DNA from: Escherichia coli
GTDB taxonomy: Bacteria > Pseudomonadota > Gammaproteobacteria > Enterobacterales > Enterobacteriaceae
Assembly: GCF_017348835.2 (NCBI RefSeq)
Contig: NZ_CP071375.1
Reading direction: 5' to 3' (one strand)
Length of the DNA stretch: 64,000 nt
A program made the translations under genes and the position numbers. The notes beneath the pieces are model-generated. The model worked only from the letters and a program-made list of their open reading frames with translations, did not search any database and was not told where the DNA came from. This document shows positions 10,597 through 24,268 of the stretch, piece after piece (within the stretch, counting starts at the first letter, position 1; every line of letters starts with the position of its first letter).

Positions 10597-12804
10597 ATGT
10601 CGACTCCTGACAATCACGGCAAGAAAGCCCCTCAATTTGCCGCGTTCAAACCGCTAACCACGGTACAGAACGCCAACGACTGTTGCTGCGACGGCGCATG
10701 TTCCAGCACGCCAACGCTCTCTGAGCTCTCTGAAAACGTCTCCGGCACCCGCTATAGCTGGAAAGTCAGCGGCATGGACTGCGCCGCCTGTGCGCGCAAG
10801 GTAGAAAATGCCGTGCGCCAGCTTGCAGGCGTGAATCAGGTGCAGGTACTGTTCGCCACCGAAAAACTGGTGGTTGATGCCGACAATGACATCCGTGCAC
10901 AAGTTGAATCTGCGGTGCAAAAAGCGGGCTATTCCCTGCGCGATGAACAGTCCGCCGACGAGCCACAAGCATCGCGCCTGAAAGAGAATCTGCCGCTGAT
11001 TACGCTAATCGTGATGATGGCAATCAGCTGGGGTCTGGAGCAGTTCAATCATCCGTTCGGGCAACTGGCGTTTATCGCGACCACGCTGGTTGGGCTGTAC
11101 CCGATTGCTCGTCAGGCATTACGGCTGATCAAATCAGGCAGTTACTTCGCCATTGAAACGTTAATGAGCGTAGCCGCTATTGGTGCGCTGTTTATTGGCG
11201 CAACGGCTGAAGCTGCGATGGTGTTGCTGCTGTTTTTGATTGGTGAACGACTAGAAGGTTGGGCCGCCAGCCGCGCGCGTCAGGGCGTCAGCGCGTTAAT
11301 GGCGCTGAAACCAGAAACCGCCACGCGCCTGCGTAACGGTGAGCGGGAAGAGGTGGCGATTCACAGCCTGCGCCCTGGCGATGTGATTGAAGTTGCGGCG
11401 GGCGGGCGTTTGCCTGCCGACGGTAAACTGCTCTCGCCCTTTGCCAGTTTTGATGAAAGCGCCCTGACCGGCGAATCCATTCCGGTGGAGCGCGCAACGG
11501 GCGATAAAGTTCCTGCAGGAGCCACCAGCGTAGACCGTCTGGTAACGCTGGAAGTGCTGTCAGAACCGGGTGCCAGCGCCATTGACCGGATTCTGAAACT
11601 GATCGAAGAAGCCGAAGAGCGCCGCGCCCCCATTGAGCGGTTTATCGACCGTTTCAGCCGTATTTATACGCCAGCAATTATGGCCGTCGCCCTGCTGGTA
11701 ACGCTGGTGCCGCCGCTGCTGTTTGCCGCCAGCTGGCAAGAGTGGATTTATAAAGGGCTGACGCTGCTGCTGATTGGCTGCCCGTGTGCGTTAGTTATCT
11801 CCACGCCCGCGGCGATTACCTCCGGGCTGGCAGCAGCGGCACGTCGTGGGGCGTTAATTAAAGGCGGTGCGGCGCTGGAGCAGCTAGGTCGTGTTACCCA
11901 GGTGGCGTTTGATAAAACCGGTACGCTGACCGTCGGTAAACCGCGCGTTACCGCGATTCATCCGGCAACGGGTATTAGTGAATCTGAACTGCTGACACTG
12001 GCGGCGGCGGTCGAGCAAGGCGCGACGCATCCACTGGCGCAGGCGATCGTGCGCGAAGCACAGGTTGCTGCACTCGCCATTCCCGCCGCCGAATCACAGC
12101 GGGCGCTGGTCGGGTCTGGCATTGAAGCGCAGGTTAACGGTGAGCGCGTATTGATTTGCGCTGCCGGGAAACATCCCGCTGATGCATTTGCTGGTTTAAT
12201 TAACGAACTGGAAAGCGCCGGGCAAACGGTAGTGCTGGTAGTACGTAACGATGACGTGCTTGGTGTCATTGCGTTACAGGATACCCTGCGCGCCGATGCT
12301 GCAACTGCCATCAGTGAACTGAACGCGCTGGGCGTCAAAGGGGTGATCCTCACCGGCGATAATCCACGCGCAGCGGCGGCAATCGCCGGGGAACTGGGGC
12401 TGGAATTTAAAGCGGGCCTATTGCCGGAAGATAAAGTCAAAGCGGTAACCGAGCTGAATCAACATGCGCCGCTGGCGATGGTCGGTGACGGTATTAACGA
12501 CGCGCCAGCGATGAAAGCTGCCGCCATCGGGATTGCAATGGGCAGCGGCACAGACGTGGCGCTGGAAACCGCCGACGCAGCATTAACCCATAACCACCTG
12601 CGCGGTCTGGTGCAAATGATTGAACTGGCACGCGCCACTCACGCCAATATCCGCCAGAACATCACTATTGCGCTGGGGCTGAAAGGGATCTTCCTCGTCA
12701 CCACGCTGTTAGGAATGACCGGACTATGGCTGGCGGTACTGGCAGATACGGGTGCGACGGTGCTGGTAACGGCGAATGCGTTAAGGTTGTTGAGCAGGAA
12801 ATAA
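10597..12804 (+). CDS. zntA: Zn/Cd/Pb-exporting P-type ATPase ZntA
   Basis: 735-aa ORF with N-terminal CCCDGAC and GMDCAACARK metal-binding motifs, CPC transmembrane motif and DKTGTLT phosphorylation site. Confidence 0.95.
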   Translation: MSTPDNHGKKAPQFAAFKPLTTVQNANDCCCDGACSSTPTLSELSENVSGTRYSWKVSGMDCAACARKVENAVRQLAGVNQVQVLFATEKLVVDADNDIRAQVESAVQKAGYSLRDEQSADEPQASRLKENLPLITLIVMMAISWGLEQFNHPFGQLAFIATTLVGLYPIARQALRLIKSGSYFAIETLMSVAAIGALFIGATAEAAMVLLLFLIGERLEGWAASRARQGVSALMALKPETATRLRNGEREEVAIHSLRPGDVIEVAAGGRLPADGKLLSPFASFDESALTGESIPVERATGDKVPAGATSVDRLVTLEVLSEPGASAIDRILKLIEEAEERRAPIERFIDRFSRIYTPAIMAVALLVTLVPPLLFAASWQEWIYKGLTLLLIGCPCALVISTPAAITSGLAAAARRGALIKGGAALEQLGRVTQVAFDKTGTLTVGKPRVTAIHPATGISESELLTLAAAVEQGATHPLAQAIVREAQVAALAIPAAESQRALVGSGIEAQVNGERVLICAAGKHPADAFAGLINELESAGQTVVLVVRNDDVLGVIALQDTLRADAATAISELNALGVKGVILTGDNPRAAAAIAGELGLEFKAGLLPEDKVKAVTELNQHAPLAMVGDGINDAPAMKAAAIGIAMGSGTDVALETADAALTHNHLRGLVQMIELARATHANIRQNITIALGLKGIFLVTTLLGMTGLWLAVLADTGATVLVTANALRLLSRK

Positions 12805-12836
12805 AGGTGTTGCCTGATAGCCTCTGGCTATCAGGG

Positions 12837-13145
12837 TTAGTGCTGGGCCGGGAACGGTGGCATGGTCAGGAAAGTGTAATATAGCGCTAACATCAGAATG
12901 ACGGAGATAACACAACATGTAGCAACCAGGCGGGACGTGAATGATGGCCTTTTGAACATCAACCACAGGGCATAAGCAAGCCCGACGCCGTTAAGTAAAG
13001 GTAAAAAAATCATTAGCCAGAGCCAACCACAGGCAAGTACCCCCAGCCATCCCCCCACGGCGATTAAAACAGGCATCAGCCAATTGGGGGCGAACATCGC
13101 GAACAATCCCAGCAATCCCAGGCAAACAGGAATTAAATAATCCAT
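12837..13145 (-). CDS. Hypothetical small hydrophobic membrane protein, 102 aa; not recognised
   Basis: Intact 102-aa ORF with about three predicted TM helices, convergent with zntA; weak SD-like sequence; no family recognised. Confidence 0.3.
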   Translation of the reverse strand: MDYLIPVCLGLLGLFAMFAPNWLMPVLIAVGGWLGVLACGWLWLMIFLPLLNGVGLAYALWLMFKRPSFTSRLVATCCVISVILMLALYYTFLTMPPFPAQH

Positions 13146-13169
13146 TTGTGTATTCCATTACACTTGCTT

Positions 13170-13203
13170 GCCGGATGCGGCGTGAACGCCTTATCCGTCC
13201 TAC
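13170..13203. repeat. REP (repetitive extragenic palindrome) element
   Basis: GCCGGATGCGGCGTGAACGCCTTATCCG-type REP core between the small ORF and tusA. Confidence 0.7.
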
Positions 13204-13289
13204 GTACCGGTTTCAAGCAGCAACATTGAGTGCGATCGGTCCACTCGCCCCTCTGGGGAGAGGGTTAGGGTAACAGTCCGTGATCCACC

Positions 13290-13535
13290 TTAACCACCTT
13301 TACGAATCAAATAACGATAAGGCAGTCCATCCGTCTCTTTAGCAACCAGTTCGTGTTCCATAAAGGTACAAAACCCAGGAATATCGCGGGTCGTCGCCGG
13401 ATCGTCAGCAATAATCAGCAACGTTTCACCTGGCTGCATATTGCGCACTGTTTTGCGCACCATCATGACTGGTTCCGGGCAGCGCAGGCCAAGTGCGTCG
13501 AGTGTGTGGTCAGGGCTGGAAAAGAGATCGGTCAT
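13290..13535 (-). CDS. tusA: Sulfur carrier protein TusA, 81 aa
   Basis: 81-aa ORF with the conserved [11 protein letters not shown] motif. Confidence 0.95.
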
Positions 13536-13744
13536 TTTCTTCTCATCACATAAAAAAACGGCGCTAGTTTACGCCCTGTGAGTCCGTAAGCAAACCAGGT
13601 TAACGATTGCGTGAAAATTAACCATTGCATTGTCAACGTAAAGCAGTATCATGCGGCGGCTCGAAAAAAGGGTAAGCACGTATAAAATAGCGTGTCGCAC
13701 GTATTGGGTTCCCTCACCCCAATGGTTAATCAAAAAGGTACAAT

Positions 13745-14410
13745 ATGAACGTTTTCTCGCAAACTCAACGCTATAATGCGTTGTTCTGGTTATCGTTATT
13801 TCATCTGCTGGTGATCACCTCCAGTAACTATCTGGTTCAGCTTCCCGTCTCCATTTTTGGTTTCCATACCACCTGGGGCGCGTTTAGCTTCCCGTTTATT
13901 TTCCTTGCTACCGACCTGACCGTGCGTATTTTTGGCGCACCGCTGGCCCGTCGTATCATCTTTGCGGTGATGATCCCGGCGTTGCTGATCTCCTACGTCA
14001 TCTCGTCGCTATTCTATATGGGTTCCTGGCAGGGATTCGGCGCACTCGCCCACTTCAACCTGTTTGTCGCCCGTATCGCCACCGCCAGTTTCATGGCCTA
14101 CGCGCTGGGACAGATCCTCGACGTGCACGTTTTTAACCGCCTGCGTCAGAGTCGCCGCTGGTGGCTGGCACCGACAGCGTCCACACTGTTCGGTAACGTC
14201 AGCGACACGCTGGCCTTTTTCTTCATTGCCTTCTGGCGTAGCCCGGATGCCTTTATGGCTGAACACTGGATGGAAATCGCGCTGGTCGATTACTGTTTCA
14301 AAGTGTTAATCAGTATCGTTTTCTTCCTGCCAATGTATGGCGTATTACTCAATATGCTGTTGAAAAGACTGGCAGGTAAATCCGAAATCAACGCTTTGCA
14401 GGCGAGTTAA
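13745..14410 (+). CDS. yhhQ: Queuosine-precursor transporter YhhQ, 221 aa
   Basis: 221-aa multi-pass membrane ORF; K-12 synteny. Confidence 0.85.
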   Translation: MNVFSQTQRYNALFWLSLFHLLVITSSNYLVQLPVSIFGFHTTWGAFSFPFIFLATDLTVRIFGAPLARRIIFAVMIPALLISYVISSLFYMGSWQGFGALAHFNLFVARIATASFMAYALGQILDVHVFNRLRQSRRWWLAPTASTLFGNVSDTLAFFFIAFWRSPDAFMAEHWMEIALVDYCFKVLISIVFFLPMYGVLLNMLLKRLAGKSEINALQAS

Positions 14411-14482
14411 AGGTTCGTTATCAGAGTTGTGATAAGATGGATGAATGAGCCGTTATGGCCGTTTATCGAAAGGAAGAAGTCA

Positions 14483-15040
14483 ATGCGCAATCTGGTTAAA
14501 TATGTCGGAATTGGCCTGCTGGTTATGGGGCTTGCGGCCTGTGATGATAAAGACACTAACGCTACGGCGCAGGGTTCGGTCGCGGAAAGTAACGCTACCG
14601 GGAATCCCGTCAACCTGCTTGATGGCAAGTTAAGTTTCTCGCTGCCAGCGGATATGACCGACCAGAGCGGTAAGCTGGGAACGCAGGCCAATAACATGCA
14701 TGTCTGGTCCGACGCCACCGGGCAGAAAGCAGTCATCGTCATCATGGGCGATGATCCGAAAGAAGATCTGGCGGTGCTGGCGAAGCGTCTGGAAGATCAG
14801 CAACGTAGCCGCGATCCGCAGCTGCAAGTAGTGACCAACAAAGCCATTGAGCTGAAAGGTCACAAAATGCAGCAGTTAGACAGCATTATCTCCGCGAAAG
14901 GCCAGACGGCGTACTCTTCCGTTATTCTGGGTAACGTGGGTAATCAACTGCTGACCATGCAAATTACGCTGCCCGCTGACGATCAGCAAAAAGCGCAGAC
15001 CACCGCAGAAAACATCATTAATACGCTGGTTATTCAGTAA
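14483..15040 (+). CDS. dcrB: Periplasmic lipoprotein DcrB, 185 aa
   Basis: ORF track 14429..15040 trimmed to [20 protein letters not shown] (lipobox LAAC). Confidence 0.85.
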
Positions 15041-15043
15041 GTT

Positions 15044-16261
15044 TTAAGATGATGAGGCGGCCTCAGGGACGTGTTCCGGAGGCCGTTTTTTTAATCGCCA
15101 CGTCAGTAATAACGCGATTGCGACCAGTCCCGCCGCCGCCAGATAAATCACCGGTACGCCCGCCCAACTCATCACCAGCCCAGCCAGTGGTCCAGTCACG
15201 CCAAGCGATAAATCCATAAATACGGTGTAAGTTGCCAGCGCCGCCCCCTGATTTTGCTGCGGAACCGCTTTTACCGCCACTACACCCAATGCCGGGAACA
15301 CCAGCGAAAACCCGGCCCCCGCCAGTAAGACGCCGATTTTCGCCATCCACGGCATAGTCGCCACGCCAACCAGTAGCAGGCCGATTATCTCAACGCTAAA
15401 GCAAATCATCGCTACGTTTAAGCCGCCGATACGGTTAATGCCGTTAGGGAATAACAAACGCGTACCGACAAACGCACAGCTAAACAGCGTCAGCGCGAAA
15501 GCCGCACCGTCCCAACCTTTAGCGTCATAAAACAGCGTGATAAAGGTGGCGATGACGCCAAATCCGGCGGAAGCCAACGCCAGCGCCATACCGTACAGCC
15601 AGACGCGCCCAAGCACCGCGCGAAACGGCAGCGGTTTGCCTTTACTGGCTTTTACCGTCGGACGCGGGATCGCCAACAAAATGGCCACCAGCGCCACGGC
15701 CATAATGATTAACGCTAACGCCTGCAAGCCGCCCCAGTGATAAAACACGACACCTAACGGCGCACCCATCGCCATCGCCCCATAAGTGACAATACCGTTC
15801 CACGAAATCACCCGTCCGATATGCAGCGAGCCAACCACGCCAACGCCCCACAGGGTCGATCCCGTTCCGGCAAAACTTTGCCCAATCCCAAGGATGACGC
15901 GTCCCAGGCAAAGTAATAACAGGCTGATGACGGGCAGACTGGCGGTTAATCCTGCCGTCAGATATCCCAGACCGCTCAAAAAGCAGCCGCATAAACCGAA
16001 GACGACAATCTTTTTGGGGCCCAGCAAATCGGCGTAACGTCCGGCATGAGGACGGCTCAGCAAGGTGGCAAAATATTGCAGGCTGATAACCAATCCTGCC
16101 CAGAAAGCGCTAAAGCCCATCACATCATGGACATAGCCCGGTAATACAGCGAGCGGCAACCCGATGGTGAGGTAGCTGGCGAAGTTAAACATGACAATGG
16201 AGACAATGCGCAAATTCAGGCGCAATCCGTTTAGCGCGGGTTCGGCTACGGGTTCGGGCAT
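15044..16261 (-). CDS. yhhS: MFS transporter YhhS, 405 aa
   Basis: ORF track 15044..16303 trimmed to MPEPVAEPALNGLRLNLR start; 12-TM MFS-like. Confidence 0.85.
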   Translation of the reverse strand: MPEPVAEPALNGLRLNLRIVSIVMFNFASYLTIGLPLAVLPGYVHDVMGFSAFWAGLVISLQYFATLLSRPHAGRYADLLGPKKIVVFGLCGCFLSGLGYLTAGLTASLPVISLLLLCLGRVILGIGQSFAGTGSTLWGVGVVGSLHIGRVISWNGIVTYGAMAMGAPLGVVFYHWGGLQALALIIMAVALVAILLAIPRPTVKASKGKPLPFRAVLGRVWLYGMALALASAGFGVIATFITLFYDAKGWDGAAFALTLFSCAFVGTRLLFPNGINRIGGLNVAMICFSVEIIGLLLVGVATMPWMAKIGVLLAGAGFSLVFPALGVVAVKAVPQQNQGAALATYTVFMDLSLGVTGPLAGLVMSWAGVPVIYLAAAGLVAIALLLTWRLKKRPPEHVPEAASSS

Positions 16262-16392
16262 GAGGATCACCACATTTTTACAACAGTGTTTCATTTTTAC
16301 CACGTGCTGACGTGAAAATCAGCAGTAAGAATCAGAATATTGCTGGCGTGACTCCCGCTACACTTAATACAAAAAGTCACAAGGAAGCCCCA

Positions 16393-17442
16393 ATGGAAAC
16401 CCCTCAACCCGATAAAACGGGCATGCACATTCTGCTCAAGCTGGCCTCGCTGGTAGTGATCCTCGCGGGCATTCACGCAGCGGCAGATATCATTGTGCAG
16501 CTGTTACTGGCGCTGTTTTTTGCCATCGTCCTCAACCCGCTCGTTACCTGGTTTATTCGACGGGGAGTAAAACGCCCCGTTGCCATTACGATTGTGGTGG
16601 TGGTGATGCTGATCACACTAACCGCGCTGGTCGGCGTACTGGCGGCATCGTTTAACGAATTTATCTCTATGCTGCCGAAGTTTAATAAGGAGCTGACGCG
16701 CAAACTTTTTAAATTGCAGGAGATGTTGCCTTTTCTTAATTTGCATATGTCGCCGGAGCGAATGCTGCAGCGGATGGACTCGGAAAAAGTGGTTACCTTC
16801 ACCACAGCGCTAATGACCGGGCTTTCCGGGGCAATGGCGAGCGTGCTTTTGCTGGTGATGACCGTAGTTTTTATGCTGTTTGAAGTGCGCCACGTCCCTT
16901 ACAAAATGCGTTTTGCATTGAATAATCCACAGATTCATATCGCCGGACTACACCGCGCCTTAAAAGGTGTTTCGCACTATCTTGCATTGAAGACGCTACT
17001 CAGTTTATGGACAGGTGTCATCGTCTGGCTGGGGCTGGAGCTGATGGGGGTGCAGTTTGCGCTGATGTGGGCAGTACTGGCGTTTTTGCTCAACTACGTG
17101 CCCAATATCGGCGCGGTAATTTCCGCCGTACCGCCAATGATTCAGGTGCTGCTGTTTAATGGTGTTTACGAATGTATTCTGGTCGGCGCATTGTTTTTAG
17201 TTGTCCATATGGTTATCGGCAATATTTTAGAACCACGGATGATGGGCCATCGCCTGGGGATGTCCACCATGGTGGTATTTCTTTCATTGTTAATTTGGGG
17301 ATGGCTGCTCGGCCCGGTAGGGATGCTACTTTCGGTGCCATTAACCAGCGTGTGTAAAATCTGGATGGAAACCACCAAAGGCGGTAGCAAACTGGCGATT
17401 TTACTGGGGCCAGGCAGACCGAAAAGTCGGTTACCGGGATGA
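16393..17442 (+). CDS. yhhT: AI-2E/PerM-family inner membrane transporter YhhT, 349 aa
   Basis: ORF track 16312..17442 trimmed to METPQPDKTGMHILLKLA start. Confidence 0.8.
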   Translation: METPQPDKTGMHILLKLASLVVILAGIHAAADIIVQLLLALFFAIVLNPLVTWFIRRGVKRPVAITIVVVVMLITLTALVGVLAASFNEFISMLPKFNKELTRKLFKLQEMLPFLNLHMSPERMLQRMDSEKVVTFTTALMTGLSGAMASVLLLVMTVVFMLFEVRHVPYKMRFALNNPQIHIAGLHRALKGVSHYLALKTLLSLWTGVIVWLGLELMGVQFALMWAVLAFLLNYVPNIGAVISAVPPMIQVLLFNGVYECILVGALFLVVHMVIGNILEPRMMGHRLGMSTMVVFLSLLIWGWLLGPVGMLLSVPLTSVCKIWMETTKGGSKLAILLGPGRPKSRLPG

Positions 17443-17496
17443 GGCGACAAGTGATACGATACGCACTTTCATTTTCCATTAAACGTTGGCCCTGAT

Positions 17497-18084
17497 ATGT
17501 ATCGGATAGTTCTGGGGAAAGTTTCGACCTTAAGCGCAGCTCCACTGCCACCGGGTTTACGCGAGCAAGCACCGCAAGGTCCACGACGCGAACGCTGGCT
17601 GGCGGGGCGTGCATTGCTTTCGCACACGCTTTCCCCGCTACCGGAGATCATCTATGGCGAACAAGGCAAACCGGCATTCGCGCCGGAAACGCCGCTATGG
17701 TTCAACTTAAGCCATAGCGGTGACGATATCGCCCTGCTGTTGAGCGATGAAGGCGAAGTCGGCTGCGATATCGAAGTGATTCGCCCGCGCGCCAACTGGC
17801 GCTGGCTGGCGAACGCCGTATTCAGCCTCGGGGAACACGCTGAGATGGACGCCGTGCATCCTGATCAGCAACTGGAAATGTTCTGGCGCATCTGGACGCG
17901 CAAAGAAGCCATCGTTAAACAACGTGGCGGCAGCGCCTGGCAAATCGTCAGCGTAGACAGCACCTATCACTCCTCGCTGTCAGTCAGCCATTGTCAGCTA
18001 GAAAATTTAAGTCTGGCGATCTGCACCCCCACCCCCTTTACGCTCACCGCCGACAGTGTGCAATGGATCGATTCAGTTAACTGA
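17497..18084 (+). CDS. acpT: 4'-phosphopantetheinyl transferase AcpT, 195 aa
   Basis: 195-aa ORF with PPTase motifs FNLSHSGD and WTRKEAIVK. Confidence 0.85.
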   Translation: MYRIVLGKVSTLSAAPLPPGLREQAPQGPRRERWLAGRALLSHTLSPLPEIIYGEQGKPAFAPETPLWFNLSHSGDDIALLLSDEGEVGCDIEVIRPRANWRWLANAVFSLGEHAEMDAVHPDQQLEMFWRIWTRKEAIVKQRGGSAWQIVSVDSTYHSSLSVSHCQLENLSLAICTPTPFTLTADSVQWIDSVN

Positions 18085-18129
18085 TCCGCCCACCCGACTG
18101 CCCATCTATTGATCCAGAACAGGTAATCA

Positions 18130-18157
18130 GTATGACGAATACTTAAAATCGTCATAC
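18130..18157 (+). promoter_or_regulatory. NikR operator (GTATGA-N16-TCATAC) in the nikA promoter
   Basis: GTATGAcgaatacttaaaatcgTCATAC, a perfect 6-N16-6 dyad about 40 bp upstream of nikA ATG. Confidence 0.8.
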
Positions 18158-18194
18158 TTATTTTCGCCATCTATTTTAATCCATTGGGGTTACC

Positions 18195-19769
18195 ATGCTC
18201 TCCACACTCCGCCGCACTCTATTTGCGCTGCTGGCTTGTGCGTCTTTTATCGTCCATGCCGCTGCACCAGATGAAATCACCACCGCCTGGCCGGTGAATG
18301 TCGGGCCACTAAACCCGCACCTTTACACGCCTAACCAGATGTTCGCCCAGAGCATGGTTTATGAACCATTGGTGAAATATCAGGCAGACGGTTCGGTGAT
18401 CCCGTGGCTGGCAAAAAGCTGGACTCATTCAGAAGATGGCAAAACCTGGACCTTCACCCTGCGTGATGACGTGAAATTCTCCAACGGTGAACCGTTCGAT
18501 GCCGAGGCGGCGGCAGAAAACTTCCGCGCAGTACTCGATAACCGTCAACGTCACGCCTGGCTGGAGCTGGCAAACCAGATTGTTGATGTTAAAGCACTCA
18601 GTAAAACAGAGCTGCAAATTACCCTGAAAAGCGCCTACTATCCTTTCCTGCAAGAACTGGCCCTGCCCCGTCCTTTCCGTTTTATCGCTCCCTCGCAGTT
18701 TAAAAACCATGAAACCATGAACGGAATTAAAGCGCCGATTGGCACCGGACCGTGGATTTTGCAGGAATCGAAACTGAATCAGTACGATGTCTTCGTCCGT
18801 AACGAAAACTACTGGGGCGAAAAGCCAGCGATTAAAAAGATCACCTTTAACGTCATCCCGGACCCGACTACCCGCGCGGTGGCGTTTGAAACTGGCGATA
18901 TCGACCTGCTGTACGGAAACGAAGGGTTATTACCGCTCGATACCTTCGCCCGCTTTAGCCAGAATCCGGCTTACCACACCCAACTGTCACAGCCGATCGA
19001 AACCGTGATGCTGGCGCTCAATACCGCCAAAGCCCCCACCAACGAGCTGGCAGTACGTGAAGCTCTTAATTACGCGGTGAACAAAAAATCGCTGATTGAT
19101 AACGCGTTGTATGGCACCCAGCAGGTCGCCGACACCCTGTTTGCCCCTTCTGTGCCCTACGCCAACCTCGGTCTGAAACCGCGCCAGTACGATCCGCAGA
19201 AAGCGAAAGCGTTGCTGGAAAAAGCCGGTTGGACGCTGCCTGCGGGCAAAGACATCCGCGAGAAAAATGGTCAGCCGCTGCGCATTGAACTGTCGTTCAT
19301 CGGCACCGATGCGTTAAGCAAATCGATGGCGGAAATCATTCAGGCTGATATGCGCCAGATTGGCGCAGATGTCTCGCTGATTGGCGAAGAAGAGAGCAGT
19401 ATCTATGCTCGTCAGCGCGACGGTCGTTTTGGCATGATTTTCCACCGCACCTGGGGCGCGCCATACGATCCACACGCCTTCCTGAGTTCAATGCGCGTAC
19501 CGTCGCACGCTGACTTCCAGGCACAGCAAGGATTAGCCGACAAGCCGCTGATTGATAAAGAGATCGGCGAAGTGCTGGCGACCCATGACGAAACGCAACG
19601 TCAGGCGCTGTATCGCGACATTCTGACCCGTCTGCATGACGAGGCGGTTTATCTGCCTATCAGTTACATCTCAATGATGGTGGTATCAAAACCGGAGCTG
19701 GGTAACATCCCCTACGCGCCGATCGCCACCGAAATTCCGTTCGAACAGATTAAACCGGTGAAACCTTAA
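18195..19769 (+). CDS. nikA: Nickel ABC transporter periplasmic binding protein NikA, 524 aa
   Basis: 524-aa ORF with signal peptide; first gene of nikABCDER. Confidence 0.95.
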
Positions 19770-20709
19770 TGTTGCGTTACGTATTACGCCGCTTTCTGCT
19801 GCTGATCCCGATGGTGCTCGCCGCCTCGGTGATCATTTTTCTGATGCTGCGCCTCGGCACCGGCGACCCGGCGCTCGATTATCTGCGTCTGTCTAACCTG
19901 CCGCCGACGCCGGAGATGCTGGCCTCTACCCGCACCATGCTCGGGCTGGATCAGCCGCTGTACGTCCAGTACGGTACCTGGTTGTGGAAGGCGCTGCATC
20001 TTGACTTTGGTATCTCATTCGCCAGCCAACGCCCGGTGCTGGACGATATGCTGAACTTCCTGCCCGCCACGCTGGAACTTGCAGGTGCCGCGCTGGTATT
20101 AATTCTGCTCACTTCCGTGCCGCTCGGTATCTGGGCGGCGCGCCATCGCGACCGTCTGCCGGATTTCGCCGTACGTTTCATCGCGTTTCTTGGCGTGTCG
20201 ATGCCTAACTTCTGGCTGGCGTTTTTACTGGTGATGGCGTTTTCGGTATATCTGCAATGGCTACCCGCGATGGGCTACGGCGGCTGGCAGCACATCATTT
20301 TGCCTGCGGTTTCCATTGCCTTTATGTCGCTGGCGATTAACGCGCGGCTGCTGCGCGCCAGTATGCTGGACGTCGCCGGTCAGCGTCACGTCACCTGGGC
20401 GCGGCTACGCGGCCTGAATGACAAACAGACCGAGCGTCGCCATATTCTGCGTAATGCCTCGCTGCCGATGATCACCGCCGTGGGGATGCACATTGGCGAA
20501 CTGATTGGCGGGACGATGATTATCGAAAACATCTTTGCCTGGCCTGGCGTCGGGCGCTATGCGGTGTCGGCGATTTTTAACCGTGACTATCCGGTGATCC
20601 AGTGCTTTACGCTGATGATGGTGGTGGTTTTTGTAGTCTGTAATTTGATTGTCGATTTGCTCAACGCCGCGCTGGACCCGCGCATTCGTCGTCATGAAGG
20701 AGCGCACGC

Positions 20710-20713
<4 letters not shown>
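19769..20713 (+). CDS. nikB: Nickel ABC transporter permease NikB, 314 aa
   Basis: 314-aa permease ORF, 1-nt overlap with nikA. Confidence 0.95.
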
Positions 20714-23517
<2,804 letters not shown>

Positions 23518-23549
23518 GTTATTTCTAAAACGAGGAAAGAAAAGATATT

Positions 23550-23582
23550 AACTGAACTTAATTTATAAAATTAAGTTCAGTT
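23550..23582. terminator. Perfect 15-bp inverted repeat with 3-nt loop; likely bidirectional terminator between convergent nikR and hicB-like gene
   Basis: AACTGAACTTAATTT-ata-AAATTAAGTTCAGTT; U-rich tract follows on the minus strand. Confidence 0.5.
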
Positions 23583-23636
23583 GCATAGATAGATCCTGTA
23601 AAGGCAGATATTCTGCGTAATGTACGCCGCTATAAG

Positions 23637-23996
23637 TTATAAATGATTCAAACGCTCATTCAGTGTTTCAATAATATAGGTATTAACAGAGACTTGTTGC
23701 TGCGCAGCCGCATTATTAAGGCGTTCACTCAGCGATTCTGGATAACGTAACGTAAAGGTTTTAATCTTTTCTGTACGCGCATACGGCTCAATACCCGCAG
23801 CTTTACAATCCTCAAGATACTCTCGCAGGGAAAGCTCTCCTTCTTTTTGCAGCCCCTGAATACTGTCAGAGACAAAATCACAATAACCTGACAAGCCCAG
23901 GAATTTGCCACGAAATGCATTCAGTTCTGGCACGTAAGTGATAACTGCAGGTTGCCCGGCAATCTCCATAGAGTTTGGCGTCTTCAGTTTGATCAT
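23637..23996 (-). CDS. HicB-family antitoxin-like protein with C-terminal RHH DNA-binding motif, 119 aa
   Basis: 119-aa ORF; C-terminal TFTLRYPESLSERLNNAAAQQQVSVNTYIIETLNERL resembles a CopG/RHH motif; start codon overlaps the stop of an upstream HicA-like frame (ATGA). Confidence 0.6.
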   Translation of the reverse strand: MIKLKTPNSMEIAGQPAVITYVPELNAFRGKFLGLSGYCDFVSDSIQGLQKEGELSLREYLEDCKAAGIEPYARTEKIKTFTLRYPESLSERLNNAAAQQQVSVNTYIIETLNERLNHL

Positions 23997-24268
23997 GGTT
24001 TTACCCCTATACTTAGTAACCAGTCACGCACGCTTTCTACAGCGCCTTTATCGGTATCTGGCGACGGATGAGGCCGATGGAAACACGCAACGCTCATATT
24101 TAGTATGAACTTACAACGCGAACCTCTTCCTTCCTTAATTTCTCCGCCTAACGCTTTAACCAGAGATTCTATATCAGTCCATTTGATTCCTTGAGGTAAA
24201 GGTGATTTAAATAGCTGATCCAGTGTGTTTTTTTGTTTCTTTCGTAAAGCCTGTACCTGTGTTTACAT
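23993..24268 (-). pseudogene. HicA-like mRNA-interferase toxin frame with in-frame TAA as codon 2 (ATG TAA ...); probably inactivated, or initiated non-canonically
   Basis: Minus-strand frame reads M*TQVQALRKKQKNTLDQLFKSPLPQGIKWTDIESLVKALGGEIKEGRGSRCKFILNMSVACFHRPHPSPDTDKGAVESVRDWLLSIGVKP*; HicA-like GS..F...HP core; only in-frame ATG downstream would give 34 aa. Confidence 0.45.

Noticed and set aside
13245-13273. CCCTCT-GGGG-AGAGGG palindrome downstream of tusA
   Set aside because: Could be a terminator or part of a BIME, but no clear U-tract on either strand and no confident family assignment
18108-18122. Possible FNR half-site (TTGATccagAACAG) upstream of the NikR operator
   Set aside because: Only one half of the TTGAT-N4-ATCAA dyad matches; too weak to call from sequence alone
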